Of a stretch of DNA of 64,000 bases, positions 46,877 to 56,623 are shown in pieces. The DNA is from an archaeon (GTDB lineage: Archaea > Micrarchaeota > Micrarchaeia > Anstonellales > Anstonellaceae): contig JAGVHI010000003.1 of NCBI GenBank assembly GCA_020056635.1, forward strand, positions 28,638 to 92,637, written 5' to 3'. A program made the position numbers and the translations under genes. How positions within the stretch are numbered: the stretch's first letter is position 1; the number at the start of each line of letters is the position of its first letter. Under the pieces are notes generated by a model, which was given only the letters and a program-made list of their open reading frames with translations, was not told the DNA's origin and ran no database searches.

Positions 46877-47646
46877 TGCTCTGCGATGCGCACTGCCATC
46901 TTGAATCCCAAGAGCAGCCATACCCAGAGGGGCTGCTGATTACAGCAGGCTATTCAGTTGAGAGCAGCCTGAGGAATTTCAAAATTGCTTGCGGGAATAT
47001 GGGGGTGTTCTGCTGCGTAGGAATTTCGCCGCAGGAGGCACAGAAATTGGGAAGCATTGGGGCGGTTGAAGCCGCAAGCAAGGAAATATGGGAATTGCTT
47101 GAAAAAAAAGACCCGAAAATAGTTGCGGTCGGGGAGGTCGGGCTGGATTTCCACTGGGGCAGGGGCGAGGGGCAGAAGGGGCTCCAGAGGGAGTGCTTTT
47201 CAAAAATGCTCGGGCTTGCAAAAAAATTCGGCCTGCCTGCGGTGATACATTGCAGGGAAGCGGAAGGGGACGCGCTATATGAGCTGGAAAAAGCGGGCGT
47301 TCGGTTCATGATGCACTGCTTTTCAGGGAAAGCAGAGGATGCAAAAAAGGTCGAGGAGCTTGGGGGCATTATTTCCATTCCGCCCCAAAAAAGCAAGGAG
47401 AGAAAGAAAGCGATTAAATTAGTTGGTGCGGATAGGCTAGTGGCAGAGAGCGATTCGCCTGCAATCGGGAAAAGCCCGGCTGCGGCGCTTGAAGCGGCTG
47501 GAATGATAGCGGAATACAGGGGGATGGAACTGCAGGAAGCGGAGAGGCTGGTATTGGAGAATACGAAAAGGTTTTTTGGAATAGGAGGCGGGATGACCAG
47601 TTATTTGAGGGAGGTCAGATCGCCTGGAGGGGGTTTTGATGCTTGA
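46873..47646 (+). CDS. tatD: TatD-family metal-dependent hydrolase/DNase
   Basis: LCDAHCHL N-terminal motif, conserved His/Glu/Asp spacing, 257 aa. Confidence 0.8.
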   Translation: MMLCDAHCHLESQEQPYPEGLLITAGYSVESSLRNFKIACGNMGVFCCVGISPQEAQKLGSIGAVEAASKEIWELLEKKDPKIVAVGEVGLDFHWGRGEGQKGLQRECFSKMLGLAKKFGLPAVIHCREAEGDALYELEKAGVRFMMHCFSGKAEDAKKVEELGGIISIPPQKSKERKKAIKLVGADRLVAESDSPAIGKSPAAALEAAGMIAEYRGMELQEAERLVLENTKRFFGIGGGMTSYLREVRSPGGGFDA

Positions 47647-48094
47647 GAAGCTCAGGGCAATGCTTGGGAGCAAAAAGGACGAAAAGAACATAGCGCTGTT
47701 CATCGACGGGCCAAATGTGATTAGGAGGGATGTGAACGTTGATTTGGTTGGAGTGAGGAAATCGGTAGCCAAGTATGGGAAGATAAAGGTTGCAAAGGTT
47801 TTCTTAAACCAGTTTGCCTCGGACAAGCTTATTGAGGCAATGACAAACCAGGGGTTTGAGCCAGTAATAACCACGGGCGATGTGGATGTGCCGATGTCGG
47901 TTGCAGCGATGGAGCAGGTGTTCAACCCTGCGGTGCACACAATTGCGCTCATGACAAGGGACATTGACTTCCTGCCTGTGCTTGTAAAGGCAAAGGAACT
48001 TGGCAGGGAGACAATCGTGATAGGGGCTGAGCCTGGCTTCTCTGTGGCGCTCAAGAACACTGCAGATGTTGTGATTATCGCGGAGGCGAAGTGA
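47636..48094 (+). CDS. NYN-domain (LabA-like/DUF88) putative ribonuclease
   Basis: IALFIDGPNV, DVDVPM, ALMTRDIDFLP. Confidence 0.7.
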   Translation: MMLEKLRAMLGSKKDEKNIALFIDGPNVIRRDVNVDLVGVRKSVAKYGKIKVAKVFLNQFASDKLIEAMTNQGFEPVITTGDVDVPMSVAAMEQVFNPAVHTIALMTRDIDFLPVLVKAKELGRETIVIGAEPGFSVALKNTADVVIIAEAK

Positions 48095-48097
48095 GCC

Positions 48098-49102
48098 ATG
48101 AGGCAGGTCCTTGCGCTTGCACTATCGCTGCTTGTCCTGTTTTCAGGCTGCATAGGAGGACCGGTTGAGCAGAAAAAAACCGGCCTTGCACTCGCCCTTT
48201 CCGAATCGCCAGAGGATGCGGAGGTCGTTGCTTATTTTGACGCGAAAAAGCTGCTCGCAAGCGAAGCGGCAGTTGAGAAGATCGGGCTTGGGAAGGACGG
48301 CGTGAAGCTTGCAAGGCTGTTTGTGAATGACGCATTCGTTGCCCTGCTCCCGGATAATAGGTTTGCGTATTCGTTCGGGGTCGAGGGAGGGGACATCACG
48401 CTTTTTGGCTCCTCTTTTCTGCCCCAAGTGATAAGGATGATTGACAACCGCACAGACACCAATTTCACTGCAAGCGACTACCAGGGGCGCAAGCTGTACT
48501 CAAACGGGAAGCTCGCATATTTTGTGGCAGGCGGAAGGGTGTATATAGGCGAGGAATCGGCAGTGAAAAAAGTGGCTGGAGTGAAGGCTGGAAAAACGAA
48601 TGCGGAGAGTAAGTTTGCAGCCGTTGCAAAACGCGTGCCTGCCGATTCGGACTTCTCAGCTGTAATGGAGGGGGAGGGAGACGGGCTGTCTGGAATGTTT
48701 GAGGGCCTGGGGGTGGCAGGATATGTTGACGGCAACGTGTCAGATACATTCGTAATTATCAAGGCCAAGGACGTGCAGGCTGCAGAGCTCATTGCGCTCG
48801 GGCTTGAAGAGGCGCTAACAAGTGGGCAGCAGGAAGGGGCAAGCGTAAAGTCGGTTGAAACAGACAGTGAAATGGTATTTGTAAGGTTTGCGGTTGAGAT
48901 TTCGAAATTCGACCCTTCATCCATTGGAATCGGGGGGAAAATGCAAACAGATGATAGTGATGCGCCGTCAGTTGAGGGGGTTATTGTGGTTGGGGAAGAT
49001 GGCACAAATGCCTCGGAATGGGAATTTCCAGAGGGCAATGAAAGCGAGTATGATGTCCCGCCTGAATATTGGGAAGATGAACTGCCGCCTGTGCCCGAAT
49101 GA
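48098..49102 (+). CDS. Putative lipoprotein/secreted protein
   Basis: Signal peptide with a lipobox-like LFSGC. Acidic C-terminus. Confidence 0.45.
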   Translation: MRQVLALALSLLVLFSGCIGGPVEQKKTGLALALSESPEDAEVVAYFDAKKLLASEAAVEKIGLGKDGVKLARLFVNDAFVALLPDNRFAYSFGVEGGDITLFGSSFLPQVIRMIDNRTDTNFTASDYQGRKLYSNGKLAYFVAGGRVYIGEESAVKKVAGVKAGKTNAESKFAAVAKRVPADSDFSAVMEGEGDGLSGMFEGLGVAGYVDGNVSDTFVIIKAKDVQAAELIALGLEEALTSGQQEGASVKSVETDSEMVFVRFAVEISKFDPSSIGIGGKMQTDDSDAPSVEGVIVVGEDGTNASEWEFPEGNESEYDVPPEYWEDELPPVPE

Positions 49103-49198
49103 ATAGGGTTATAAAATCTCTTCAGGCATATAGAAGAGGTTTTTTGATTTCGGAGTGCGAATATTTTTTCATTTGTACCCGAAAGGGGTGATTTTTTA

Positions 49199-49423
49199 AT
49201 GGGAGAGAAAAGGCCATTTGACATACTGAACAGCTCGCTCAACAACACAATAGTTGTCGGGCTCAAAGGCGGGCGCGAGATGCGCGGGCTCATGGTGTCC
49301 TACGACGTTCATATGAACCTCGTGCTTGAGAAGGCGGAGCAGCTCGAAAATGGGGAAGTGAAAAGGAGCATCGGAACGGTATTGCTCCGCGGGGACTCGG
49401 TAGTCTACATATCCCCTTCCTGA
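49199..49423 (+). CDS. Sm-like archaeal protein (LSm/SmAP)
   Basis: 74 aa, Sm1/Sm2 motifs (VGLKGGREMRGLMVSYDVHMNLVL...IGTVLLRGDSVVYI). Confidence 0.8.
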   Translation: MGEKRPFDILNSSLNNTIVVGLKGGREMRGLMVSYDVHMNLVLEKAEQLENGEVKRSIGTVLLRGDSVVYISPS

Positions 49424-49482
49424 ACCGGACCGCATGGCAATTCTTTAAATAGCGCAAGCCAGAATTAGCCTTGGTGATTTTG

Positions 49483-51231
49483 ATGAGGCCAGTCTTGCTT
49501 GCTGTTTTTGCGCTGTTGACGCTTTTCGGCCCGGTTTTTGCACAAGCAGGCGCGGAATATGGCGCCATTGTGGGTGGAATTGCCGGGATGAATACAGTTG
49601 CTGCTGTTGGGGCCATAACCGGCTCCGCTTCAGGCGGCGCAATAGAGGTTGCCGTGCCTGCGGAAGGGGAGCAGGCTGTTGAGGTTGGATTTGCAGAGGA
49701 AATCAAGCCTGCTTTGGTAAATTGCGTAGTGAGCTCCGAATTCTCAAGGGGGATTAGCTACTATGTGCGCATGCTCTCCGAAACCAAGGACAAGGGGGAG
49801 CAGGCGAAAATAATGGAGAAGATTTCGCAGCTCAAGCAAAAGGCGCTGTCCGAGAAGGCGGAATGCACAACGAGCGCAGTTTCGCCTGTTGCAATTGGCG
49901 TAACACCTGTGCAGAAGCCTGTTGCTAAGCCGCTGCCTTCAACAGCACCCACGGCCGAGCCTGTTGCATGCACAACAGAATATTCTCCTGTGTGCGGAGC
50001 GGACGGGAGAACCTACTCGAACAAGTGTTTTGCATCGGTTGCTGGAATCGAAGTTGCTTACTCGGGGAAGTGCGAGGAGGAGAAGCCGCCCGAAATTCCA
50101 GGGGATGATTACTCGGACGTTCAGCCCACCGGAGGGGTGTACGGCTATTACGCGGCTTGGTATGGGAAGGTGAACCAGGTAAGCAAGGATGGCAAGAGCT
50201 GGATGAGCGACCCGGACGGGGTAACCGGGGCGGATGCACATCCGCTTGCGTACTGCCAGAAATGGTTCCCGGATGCAAAAGGGGTGGATGATATCGGGAG
50301 GCATTTTGTTCCGGGGTTCAAGAACAGGGGGAATTTGGGCAGTTTTGACGCTGAAACAGTAGTGTATGAGTGCACCGAGAGCGAGGGGGTGAATATAGTC
50401 ACCCCGCTTGTGGTGTGGGGCAACGGCTTTCCGACATGGAGAAGCTTGGACGGCCAGACCAACCCATGCGACCTTGAGAAGCAGATGAAGGTGCAGGGCA
50501 AGCCTTGGTACGGGCCTTCTTGCGAGGAGGCAGGGGCGGGAAGCGCAGGGCCTTCGTGGGTGGCTGTCGCAGAGCCTGTTGAAGTTGTGGCAAAGCCTGC
50601 TCTGCCGAGCAAAGCATATGAGGTGTCACAATACTACCGGGAAAAAATGACTGATATCGTGGAATCGGAGGATGACGCACAGGCGCAGGTTGCAGAATTG
50701 AAAACGCTGCAAAAGGAGATAGATGCGATGATTGAAAAGCTGCTCTCAAGGCAGGGGAGCATTGATGCTGGGGACATGGGGCAGGTGGTCGATGCGATTG
50801 AGGTGACCCCAGGCTCGGTGAAAGCGGATAATGTGGAAGTTTTGGGGCCAAAGGTGATTTCCGCAACGCTCGGGGATGCAAAGCCTGTTGAGGTGGAAAC
50901 CAGCGCGAATGCGGTCACTGTGACGGACGCTGGCGTTTCCGCTGGGGCAAGCGCAGTCACGCTCACACGCGACAGCGTGAAAATCGGGGGCAGGAGCCTC
51001 AAGGTCACCCCGTCAGAGGCTGCAAAGAAAGTGATTGCAACCGTGACTAAGATGAGGATTGAGAAGCAGGATGAGAGACCAGTGTACAAAATAGATGCGG
51101 AAAAGAAAGTGAGGGTGCTTGGGATATTCCCGACCAAAATGGAGCAGAAAGTCACAGTTGACGGGGAGAGCGGGCAGGTCGTTTCCACAGAGAAACCATG
51201 GTGGGGCGATCTTGCGACAGACGATGGATAG
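49483..51231 (+). CDS. Secreted protein containing a Kazal-type protease-inhibitor-like domain
   Basis: Signal peptide, then CTTEYSPVCGADGRTYSNKCFASVAGIEVAYSGKC, which matches the Kazal Cys pattern C-x6-C-x7-Y-x3-C-x?-C. Confidence 0.55.
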   Translation: MRPVLLAVFALLTLFGPVFAQAGAEYGAIVGGIAGMNTVAAVGAITGSASGGAIEVAVPAEGEQAVEVGFAEEIKPALVNCVVSSEFSRGISYYVRMLSETKDKGEQAKIMEKISQLKQKALSEKAECTTSAVSPVAIGVTPVQKPVAKPLPSTAPTAEPVACTTEYSPVCGADGRTYSNKCFASVAGIEVAYSGKCEEEKPPEIPGDDYSDVQPTGGVYGYYAAWYGKVNQVSKDGKSWMSDPDGVTGADAHPLAYCQKWFPDAKGVDDIGRHFVPGFKNRGNLGSFDAETVVYECTESEGVNIVTPLVVWGNGFPTWRSLDGQTNPCDLEKQMKVQGKPWYGPSCEEAGAGSAGPSWVAVAEPVEVVAKPALPSKAYEVSQYYREKMTDIVESEDDAQAQVAELKTLQKEIDAMIEKLLSRQGSIDAGDMGQVVDAIEVTPGSVKADNVEVLGPKVISATLGDAKPVEVETSANAVTVTDAGVSAGASAVTLTRDSVKIGGRSLKVTPSEAAKKVIATVTKMRIEKQDERPVYKIDAEKKVRVLGIFPTKMEQKVTVDGESGQVVSTEKPWWGDLATDDG

Positions 51232-51287
51232 GCTGCCCCTGTTTCCTTTTTATTCTTTCAAGGAGTAGCATTGGTGCTGCATTTTAT

Positions 51288-51359
51288 GGGCTAGTGGCGC
51301 AACGGTAGCGCGCCTGCATGGCATGCAGGAGGCTGGGGGCTCGAATCCCCCCTAGTCCA
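51288..51359 (+). tRNA. tRNA-Ala (anticodon GGC)
   Basis: Acceptor gggctag/ctagtcc with the G3:U70 Ala identity pair. Anticodon stem cctgc/gcagg, loop atggcat. T-arm ggggg-ctcgaat-ccccc. Confidence 0.9.
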
Positions 51360-51441
51360 TTTCAATCACAACAAGAACGATAAAGGATGAGGCGCTTTTG
51401 CGAAAAAGAAGTTATTTATACTGAACAGACAATAGTTTGTT

Positions 51442-53277
51442 ATGTCATCCTTGGCTCTGGCAGAAGAAGGGAAGAGGTATACGCCCTTGCCTTTGACTGA
51501 CGTTAGTTGGACATTGGAGAAGATAGACGAGCGGCTTGGATACCAGTGCCCATTCCGTCTGGCTGAGAGAATAATGAGTTCTGAAAAACCGGGGGAAAAA
51601 TTCGCCTGGATAAAATCGTCCCTTGATACCTTGCGCGGCGTTTTGGGCAAGGAGAACACAGATGCTGCGTTCTACGCCTTTGGCAATCAGTTAATTGCAA
51701 ATTTTTTTGATAGGGAGCCGATGCAGGTCATTGATAGCTTCGCGCGCATAGCGCAAAGTACCGACCAGGTTGCAGCGAACTATGCGCTTCGCGCCCTTGT
51801 GCGGCAGCCGATTGCAGAAATTTATGTCAACGAATCCCCAAGGTGTGTAGAGGATATGTTCGGGCGCGTAGTGCAGGAGGCAGGCGGTAACGCGCGATTT
51901 GTTTTTGAGCTGCTTGGATTGACGACCACTGCAGGCATGTCCGCCTCTGATCTAGATAGGACAGTGGACGCGCTTTTGAGTCTGACCAAATATCCAGAGG
52001 AAGTGACACGGAATATCGAAGCCGTGTTTGTTGTAAGCAGGGAAAACGCGGAATGCCTTGCGAAAAATCCGGCAGGGGTTGCCACCCTGTTTGACAGGCT
52101 GGTTGAAGATGCAAAAAATAGGGAAGATTGGGTAGTGCGCGCAAAAAGCATTGTATATATTTTTCGATATCCTAGAGTAATGACCGTTGCCATTCAAAAA
52201 CCAGAAGACTTTGTCCAAGCAGTAGGTTCCTGCCCTAGCGAAGATCTTTTTCTAGTTGGAAGACTGGCGGGAGGGGGGATTCTCGACCGTGCCATAATTG
52301 CAAGATTCGCAACAATCGCAAACCTCACACTTCCAAATGCCCGAGATGCTCTTGACTCTTCATTATCCGTTTTTTTTGGAAATCAGCTGCTTGCCCATGA
52401 TTGCTTTGAGAGATTCACTGAAACCCTTCTGATGATTGCAACTGAGCTTGATGGAGAGGCGATAAATAAAACACTTTTTTCGCTTGCCTCCAGATTGATG
52501 GACGCTGAGAACCATTCGTTCTTTGATGATTTCGAGCGCGTGGTCATTTCAGAAGAGATTGGAATGCGCAGGTTCACAGAAAAATATGGTGTCCGGCCGA
52601 TGAGGATAATGGGCTTTTTTGATGGAAAAGCAGGAATACATGACCCAGATTATTATGATGCCACTATGGAACAGAATATGAAGAGTGGTATAATGGAGAT
52701 TGCAGAAAGGCAGGGGCTGAACCCAAATTTTCTTGCAGCAGCTCTCTTCCAAGAGGGTTTTATAAATAAAATGGATCAGACAAAGTTCCAATTTTACATA
52801 AAAGATGTTGATTCATTCAGCGAAGTAGAGATGGATTCTTTTTATGTGGAGATAGACGAACTTAAGAGGGGCGGCTATATTCCACATGGGTTTGGCGATT
52901 CAGGAGAGTTCGAAATCGGATCTGAAGTGACAAATGAAAATGGTTTTAGAAGCCGGCGGGTTAAGTTTAAGACCCAGCACGACGCATTTGAGGCGTTTGG
53001 AGCGATGCTTGCTGCGCGCAGGGACAGGTTCCTCTTGCAGGCAAAGAAAATGGGCTATCAGCCGGATAAGCTGTCACCGGAGGTTGTGTGGGCTGGCACT
53101 TATCTTTATTACAACGCAGCCAACCCACAGAAAAAAGTTGAGGATATTGGAGTTGGCAACCTTCTTGATAAATATACACCAACGAAACAGAGCATAGCTG
53201 ATTTCCGCTACAATTACATGCGGGTAGTGAGCACAGCCGATTATTTACGGGCTGGCGGCACGTTCGGGAATCCATGA
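51442..53277 (+). CDS. Large hypothetical protein (611 aa) in a relatively AT-richer segment downstream of tRNA-Ala
   Basis: Long uninterrupted ORF. Helical-repeat-like N-terminal half. No motif recognised. Confidence 0.5.
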   Translation: MSSLALAEEGKRYTPLPLTDVSWTLEKIDERLGYQCPFRLAERIMSSEKPGEKFAWIKSSLDTLRGVLGKENTDAAFYAFGNQLIANFFDREPMQVIDSFARIAQSTDQVAANYALRALVRQPIAEIYVNESPRCVEDMFGRVVQEAGGNARFVFELLGLTTTAGMSASDLDRTVDALLSLTKYPEEVTRNIEAVFVVSRENAECLAKNPAGVATLFDRLVEDAKNREDWVVRAKSIVYIFRYPRVMTVAIQKPEDFVQAVGSCPSEDLFLVGRLAGGGILDRAIIARFATIANLTLPNARDALDSSLSVFFGNQLLAHDCFERFTETLLMIATELDGEAINKTLFSLASRLMDAENHSFFDDFERVVISEEIGMRRFTEKYGVRPMRIMGFFDGKAGIHDPDYYDATMEQNMKSGIMEIAERQGLNPNFLAAALFQEGFINKMDQTKFQFYIKDVDSFSEVEMDSFYVEIDELKRGGYIPHGFGDSGEFEIGSEVTNENGFRSRRVKFKTQHDAFEAFGAMLAARRDRFLLQAKKMGYQPDKLSPEVVWAGTYLYYNAANPQKKVEDIGVGNLLDKYTPTKQSIADFRYNYMRVVSTADYLRAGGTFGNP

Positions 53278-53391
53278 TGACATTGCCTTAATTTAGCACA
53301 CATATAATTCCGTTGTGTAAAAATCGACAAATTAAAATCGGAAAGAAAAGAGAAAGGAAAAAAGAAGAAAAAGAAAAAAGAAAGAAAATTC

Positions 53392-53415
53392 ATGTTCGGG
53401 TTGGAAACCCGAACA
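53392..53415 (-). terminator. Perfect hairpin (gttcgggtt-ggaa-acccgaac) followed on the minus strand by a pyrimidine/T-rich tract, downstream of the 53455-54138 gene
   Basis: 9-bp stem. The adjacent 53320-53390 region is an A/G-rich low-complexity tract on plus, hence T/C-rich on minus. Confidence 0.35.
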
Positions 53416-53454
53416 GCTCGCAACGGAGTTGCGGGAAAAAAAAGAAAGTTCAAC

Positions 53455-54138
53455 TTAGAGAATGTTGAACTTATCCTTGTTCTTGTCCGCGACTTTTGCA
53501 ACTGTGTCTTTCAGCCCGAGGCCGATTGCGATTGCCCCGCCCAGGCCGAGCATGAGGCCAAGCGCAGCAAGCACGATTGCAAACGACTGCTCAAGCAGCA
53601 CCGTGCTCGCCCTTGGGAGCAGCATCGGCAGCGCTATCACAAGCGCGTTGTATGCGATGAAGACCTCAACCACTATTGCAATGAGGTTCACAAAGGGCAC
53701 GCCCTTTGCAAGCTTCATGCGGTCTGTGATGTAGTCTCCGATCATCAGCCCTGCAACCAGCACCACAGCACCTGATGTGAGCGAGGGCAGGTAGTTGGTT
53801 GCCATGCTTGCAAGTGACATCAGGAATGGGAATTTCATCACCCCTGCGCCGAACCCGAAGAACAGCACCATAACCCAGAGCCACATCAGCGTAGTGATTA
53901 CCTGAGTGAATGTGAAGCCCAGAAGCGAGTCGTGCAGGTGGTGCTTCTTTAGCTCAGCTTCAAGACTTAGGTGCTTGAGGAATTTGCGTATTCCGCTGTT
54001 TATCAGCCAGGCGACCACGTGCCCGACTATGAGCGCAATCACCACTATTGCAAACGCGGCAACCCCTTCAAGTATGTTTCCGAGGAAGCCCGTGGCAAAC
54101 GTCGTTAGTTCATTCGTAAACGCCGCCATTTCAACCAT
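53455..54138 (-). CDS. Membrane protein with conserved TM-helix repeats (MscS N-terminal-like, PF05552-type)
   Basis: Repeated ...L.LG.GGAIAIGLGLKD... style segments across 5-6 TM helices. Confidence 0.45.
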   Translation of the reverse strand: MVEMAAFTNELTTFATGFLGNILEGVAAFAIVVIALIVGHVVAWLINSGIRKFLKHLSLEAELKKHHLHDSLLGFTFTQVITTLMWLWVMVLFFGFGAGVMKFPFLMSLASMATNYLPSLTSGAVVLVAGLMIGDYITDRMKLAKGVPFVNLIAIVVEVFIAYNALVIALPMLLPRASTVLLEQSFAIVLAALGLMLGLGGAIAIGLGLKDTVAKVADKNKDKFNIL

Positions 54139-54243
54139 TAAACCACCCTGAGTATCCTCCTCGGGACTTGTTTATAAACGTTTCGAGGTGGGAATGGAAA
54201 AACAAGGGGAAAAAATTAGGGAAGAGGGAAATGCTAGGATGGG

Positions 54244-55293
54244 TTACTTGTCCGGGTACATGACAATTTTGCCTGAATTGCCGGATTTCATTATTTCAAA
54301 TGCTTCCGCGAATTTGCTCATCGGGAACTTGTGCGTGACTAGCTTGCCCATGTCCACTTTCCCTTCCGCAAGCAGTTTGGCTGCGGTTTCCCAGGTGCCC
54401 CAAATCCGCCTTCCGTTTATGCCGAACACACGGGCCTGCTTGAAAACAATACCGTTAGTGATGTCGATTGGCACTTTGTCCTTGGCTACCCCGAGCAAGC
54501 CGGCACGGCCCCCTGGGCGCAGGATTTTGAACCCCTGTTCGTAGATTGGGGCTGCACCAGACATTTCAAGGAATACGTCCACGCCCTGATTGTTGGTTGC
54601 AGCCATTATTTCCTTCACAGGGTCCTTTTGCTTGGAATTGATAACTGTGGTTGCGCCCATGGATTTGGCGAGGTTGAGCCTGTAATCCGAAATGTCCATT
54701 GCGAAAATCTGCGTTGCGCCCGAAGCCTTGCAAATCGCTGCTGCGCACGCGCCAATCGGCCCGCACCCGAATATTGCAACTGACTGCCCTTTCACATCCC
54801 CGCCCTCGAATACTGTGTGGACTGCATTGCCCATGGGCTCCTGCGCAGACATGTGCTCTATTGCAAGGGATTTGGGGTTCACCCATGCGGTGTTGGCAGG
54901 CATTGTAAGGTATTCCGCAAAACAGCCAGTGCAATCAATTCCCCGCAGCTTCACGTCCTTGCAAATGTGCTCGTTGCCCATTTTGCACAGGTAGCAGTGG
55001 CCGCAGTAAATGTGAGTTTCGCCTGAAACTATATCGCCCACTTTCACGTGAGTCTGGGTGTTCGGGCCTATTTCCATGACCTCGCCTGCGAACTCATGCC
55101 CGAATATCATTGGGGTCTTAATCCGCGATTGCGCCCAGTTGTCCCATTCGTAAATATGCACATCAGTGCCGCAAATGGAAACTGCCTTGTTTTTCACGAG
55201 CAATTCGCCTGGCCCGGGTTGTGGGATATCCACTTCGATTATTTCCGCGCCTGGTGCGGGCCTTGTCTTTGCAAGTGCCTTCATTTTTGCCAT
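54244..55293 (-). CDS. tdh: L-threonine 3-dehydrogenase (Zn-dependent MDR family)
   Basis: MKALAKTRPAPGAEIIEVDIPQPGPGELLVKNKAVSICGTDVHIY... with conserved zinc ligands GHEFAGEV. Confidence 0.85.
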   Translation of the reverse strand: MAKMKALAKTRPAPGAEIIEVDIPQPGPGELLVKNKAVSICGTDVHIYEWDNWAQSRIKTPMIFGHEFAGEVMEIGPNTQTHVKVGDIVSGETHIYCGHCYLCKMGNEHICKDVKLRGIDCTGCFAEYLTMPANTAWVNPKSLAIEHMSAQEPMGNAVHTVFEGGDVKGQSVAIFGCGPIGACAAAICKASGATQIFAMDISDYRLNLAKSMGATTVINSKQKDPVKEIMAATNNQGVDVFLEMSGAAPIYEQGFKILRPGGRAGLLGVAKDKVPIDITNGIVFKQARVFGINGRRIWGTWETAAKLLAEGKVDMGKLVTHKFPMSKFAEAFEIMKSGNSGKIVMYPDK

Positions 55294-55431
55294 ATTGTAT
55301 CATCTCCAATAGCGTTAGGTAGGGGAATTGGGGGGAAAATTTGTTTAAAGCATTATGTACGTTCTTCGTCGATTGTGCCCGCTTGTGGCTATATATTATT
55401 TGCGGCGCAAATCGGCTCCAAGGTGAGAAAT

Positions 55432-56616
55432 ATGGTTGCACTTGACTCGATACTGGCTGCGGAAGTGAATTCATTGAGGGAAAAGGATTTGCTCTGGAAC
55501 ATAAAGCAGCTGCAAGGGCCTTCTGTGCCTAGGTCAAAGGTGGATGGGAAGGATGTAGTGATGCTCTGCTCGAACAATTACTTGGGGCTATCAGACCACC
55601 CTGCGCTGAAAGAAGCTGCGATTGAAGCTGTGAAAAAGTACGGGGCTGGGAGCGGGTCAGTGCGCGCGATTGCAGGAACAATGGATTTGCACATCCGGCT
55701 TGAGGAAGTAATTGCGAAATTCAAGAAAACCGAGGACTGTATTTATTACCAGTCGGGCTTTACCGCAAACTCAGGGGCGATTCCGCAGCTTGGGGTGGAA
55801 GGGGATTTGCTGATTTCGGATGAGCTTAACCATGGAAGCATAATAGATGGGGTAAGGTTAACCAAGGCTGGAAGGGCGATTTTCAAGCACAAGAACATGG
55901 ACGATTTGAAACGGGTGCTTGAGGAGAACAAGGGGAAAGCGAAGAAAACTTGGGTCATTACTGATGGAGTTTTCTCGATGGATGGGGATATTGCGCCGCT
56001 TGGGGAGATTTCAAAATTGGCGCAGGAGTATGGCGCGTACGTTTATGTGGATGATGCGCACGGGGATGGCGTGCTTGGGGACCATGGGAGGGGAATTACA
56101 GACCATTTCCACCTGCACGGGAAAATAGAAGCGGATATGGGGACATTTTCCAAGGGATTTGGAGTGGCGGGCGGGTACATTGCGGGGAGCAAAACACTCA
56201 AGGAATTCCTGCTGAACAAATCAAGGACATATTTGCTCACTGGCTCGCATCCGCCTGCCACTGTTGCTGCGTGCATTGCTGCTATTGAGCTGCTTGAGAA
56301 GGATGATACGCTGGTGAAGAAAGTATGGGAGAACACCAAGTACTTCAAGGGGGAATTGAAGGAAAAGGGGTTCAATACAGGCGAGAGCGAAACGCCCATT
56401 ACCCCGATAATGCTTGGGGAGAGCGCGGTTGCGAAAAAATTCTCGCAAGAATTGTTTGCAGAGGGAGTATTCGCATTGCCCATTGTGTTCCCGATGGTCG
56501 CGCAGGGGAAAGCAAGGATTAGGACAATGATGACTGCAGCGCACACAAAGGAGGACTTGGACTTTGCACTTGGGAAAATAGAGAAAGTGGGGCAGAAGCT
56601 AGGGGTTGTGAAGTAA
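55432..56616 (+). CDS. kbl: 2-amino-3-ketobutyrate CoA ligase (glycine C-acetyltransferase)
   Basis: AONS/Kbl family, PLP Lys region GTFSKGFG. The start is set at the ATG 55432; the track's 55048 start overlaps tdh on the other strand. Confidence 0.85.
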   Translation: MVALDSILAAEVNSLREKDLLWNIKQLQGPSVPRSKVDGKDVVMLCSNNYLGLSDHPALKEAAIEAVKKYGAGSGSVRAIAGTMDLHIRLEEVIAKFKKTEDCIYYQSGFTANSGAIPQLGVEGDLLISDELNHGSIIDGVRLTKAGRAIFKHKNMDDLKRVLEENKGKAKKTWVITDGVFSMDGDIAPLGEISKLAQEYGAYVYVDDAHGDGVLGDHGRGITDHFHLHGKIEADMGTFSKGFGVAGGYIAGSKTLKEFLLNKSRTYLLTGSHPPATVAACIAAIELLEKDDTLVKKVWENTKYFKGELKEKGFNTGESETPITPIMLGESAVAKKFSQELFAEGVFALPIVFPMVAQGKARIRTMMTAAHTKEDLDFALGKIEKVGQKLGVVK

Positions 56617-56623
56617 GCCCCTG

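Noticed and set aside
48478-49293. 271-aa minus-strand ORF spanning the lipoprotein and Sm-like genes
   Set aside because: Overlaps a clear Sm-like gene on the other strand. The Ser/Pro-rich translation is an artefact.
53320-53400. A/G-rich tract (aaagaaaagagaaaggaaaaaagaagaaaaagaaaaaagaaagaaaa) considered as a CRISPR or microsatellite-like array
   Set aside because: No regular repeat-spacer periodicity. It is simple purine low-complexity sequence, probably part of a terminator or intergenic spacer. Its similarity to the intron hairpin arm is noted in the findings.
55048-55431. 5' extension of the kbl ORF as listed in the track (start 55048)
   Set aside because: It would overlap tdh on the opposite strand by about 250 bp. 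Conserved Kbl sequence and a plausible start (MVALDSIL...) begin at 55432.
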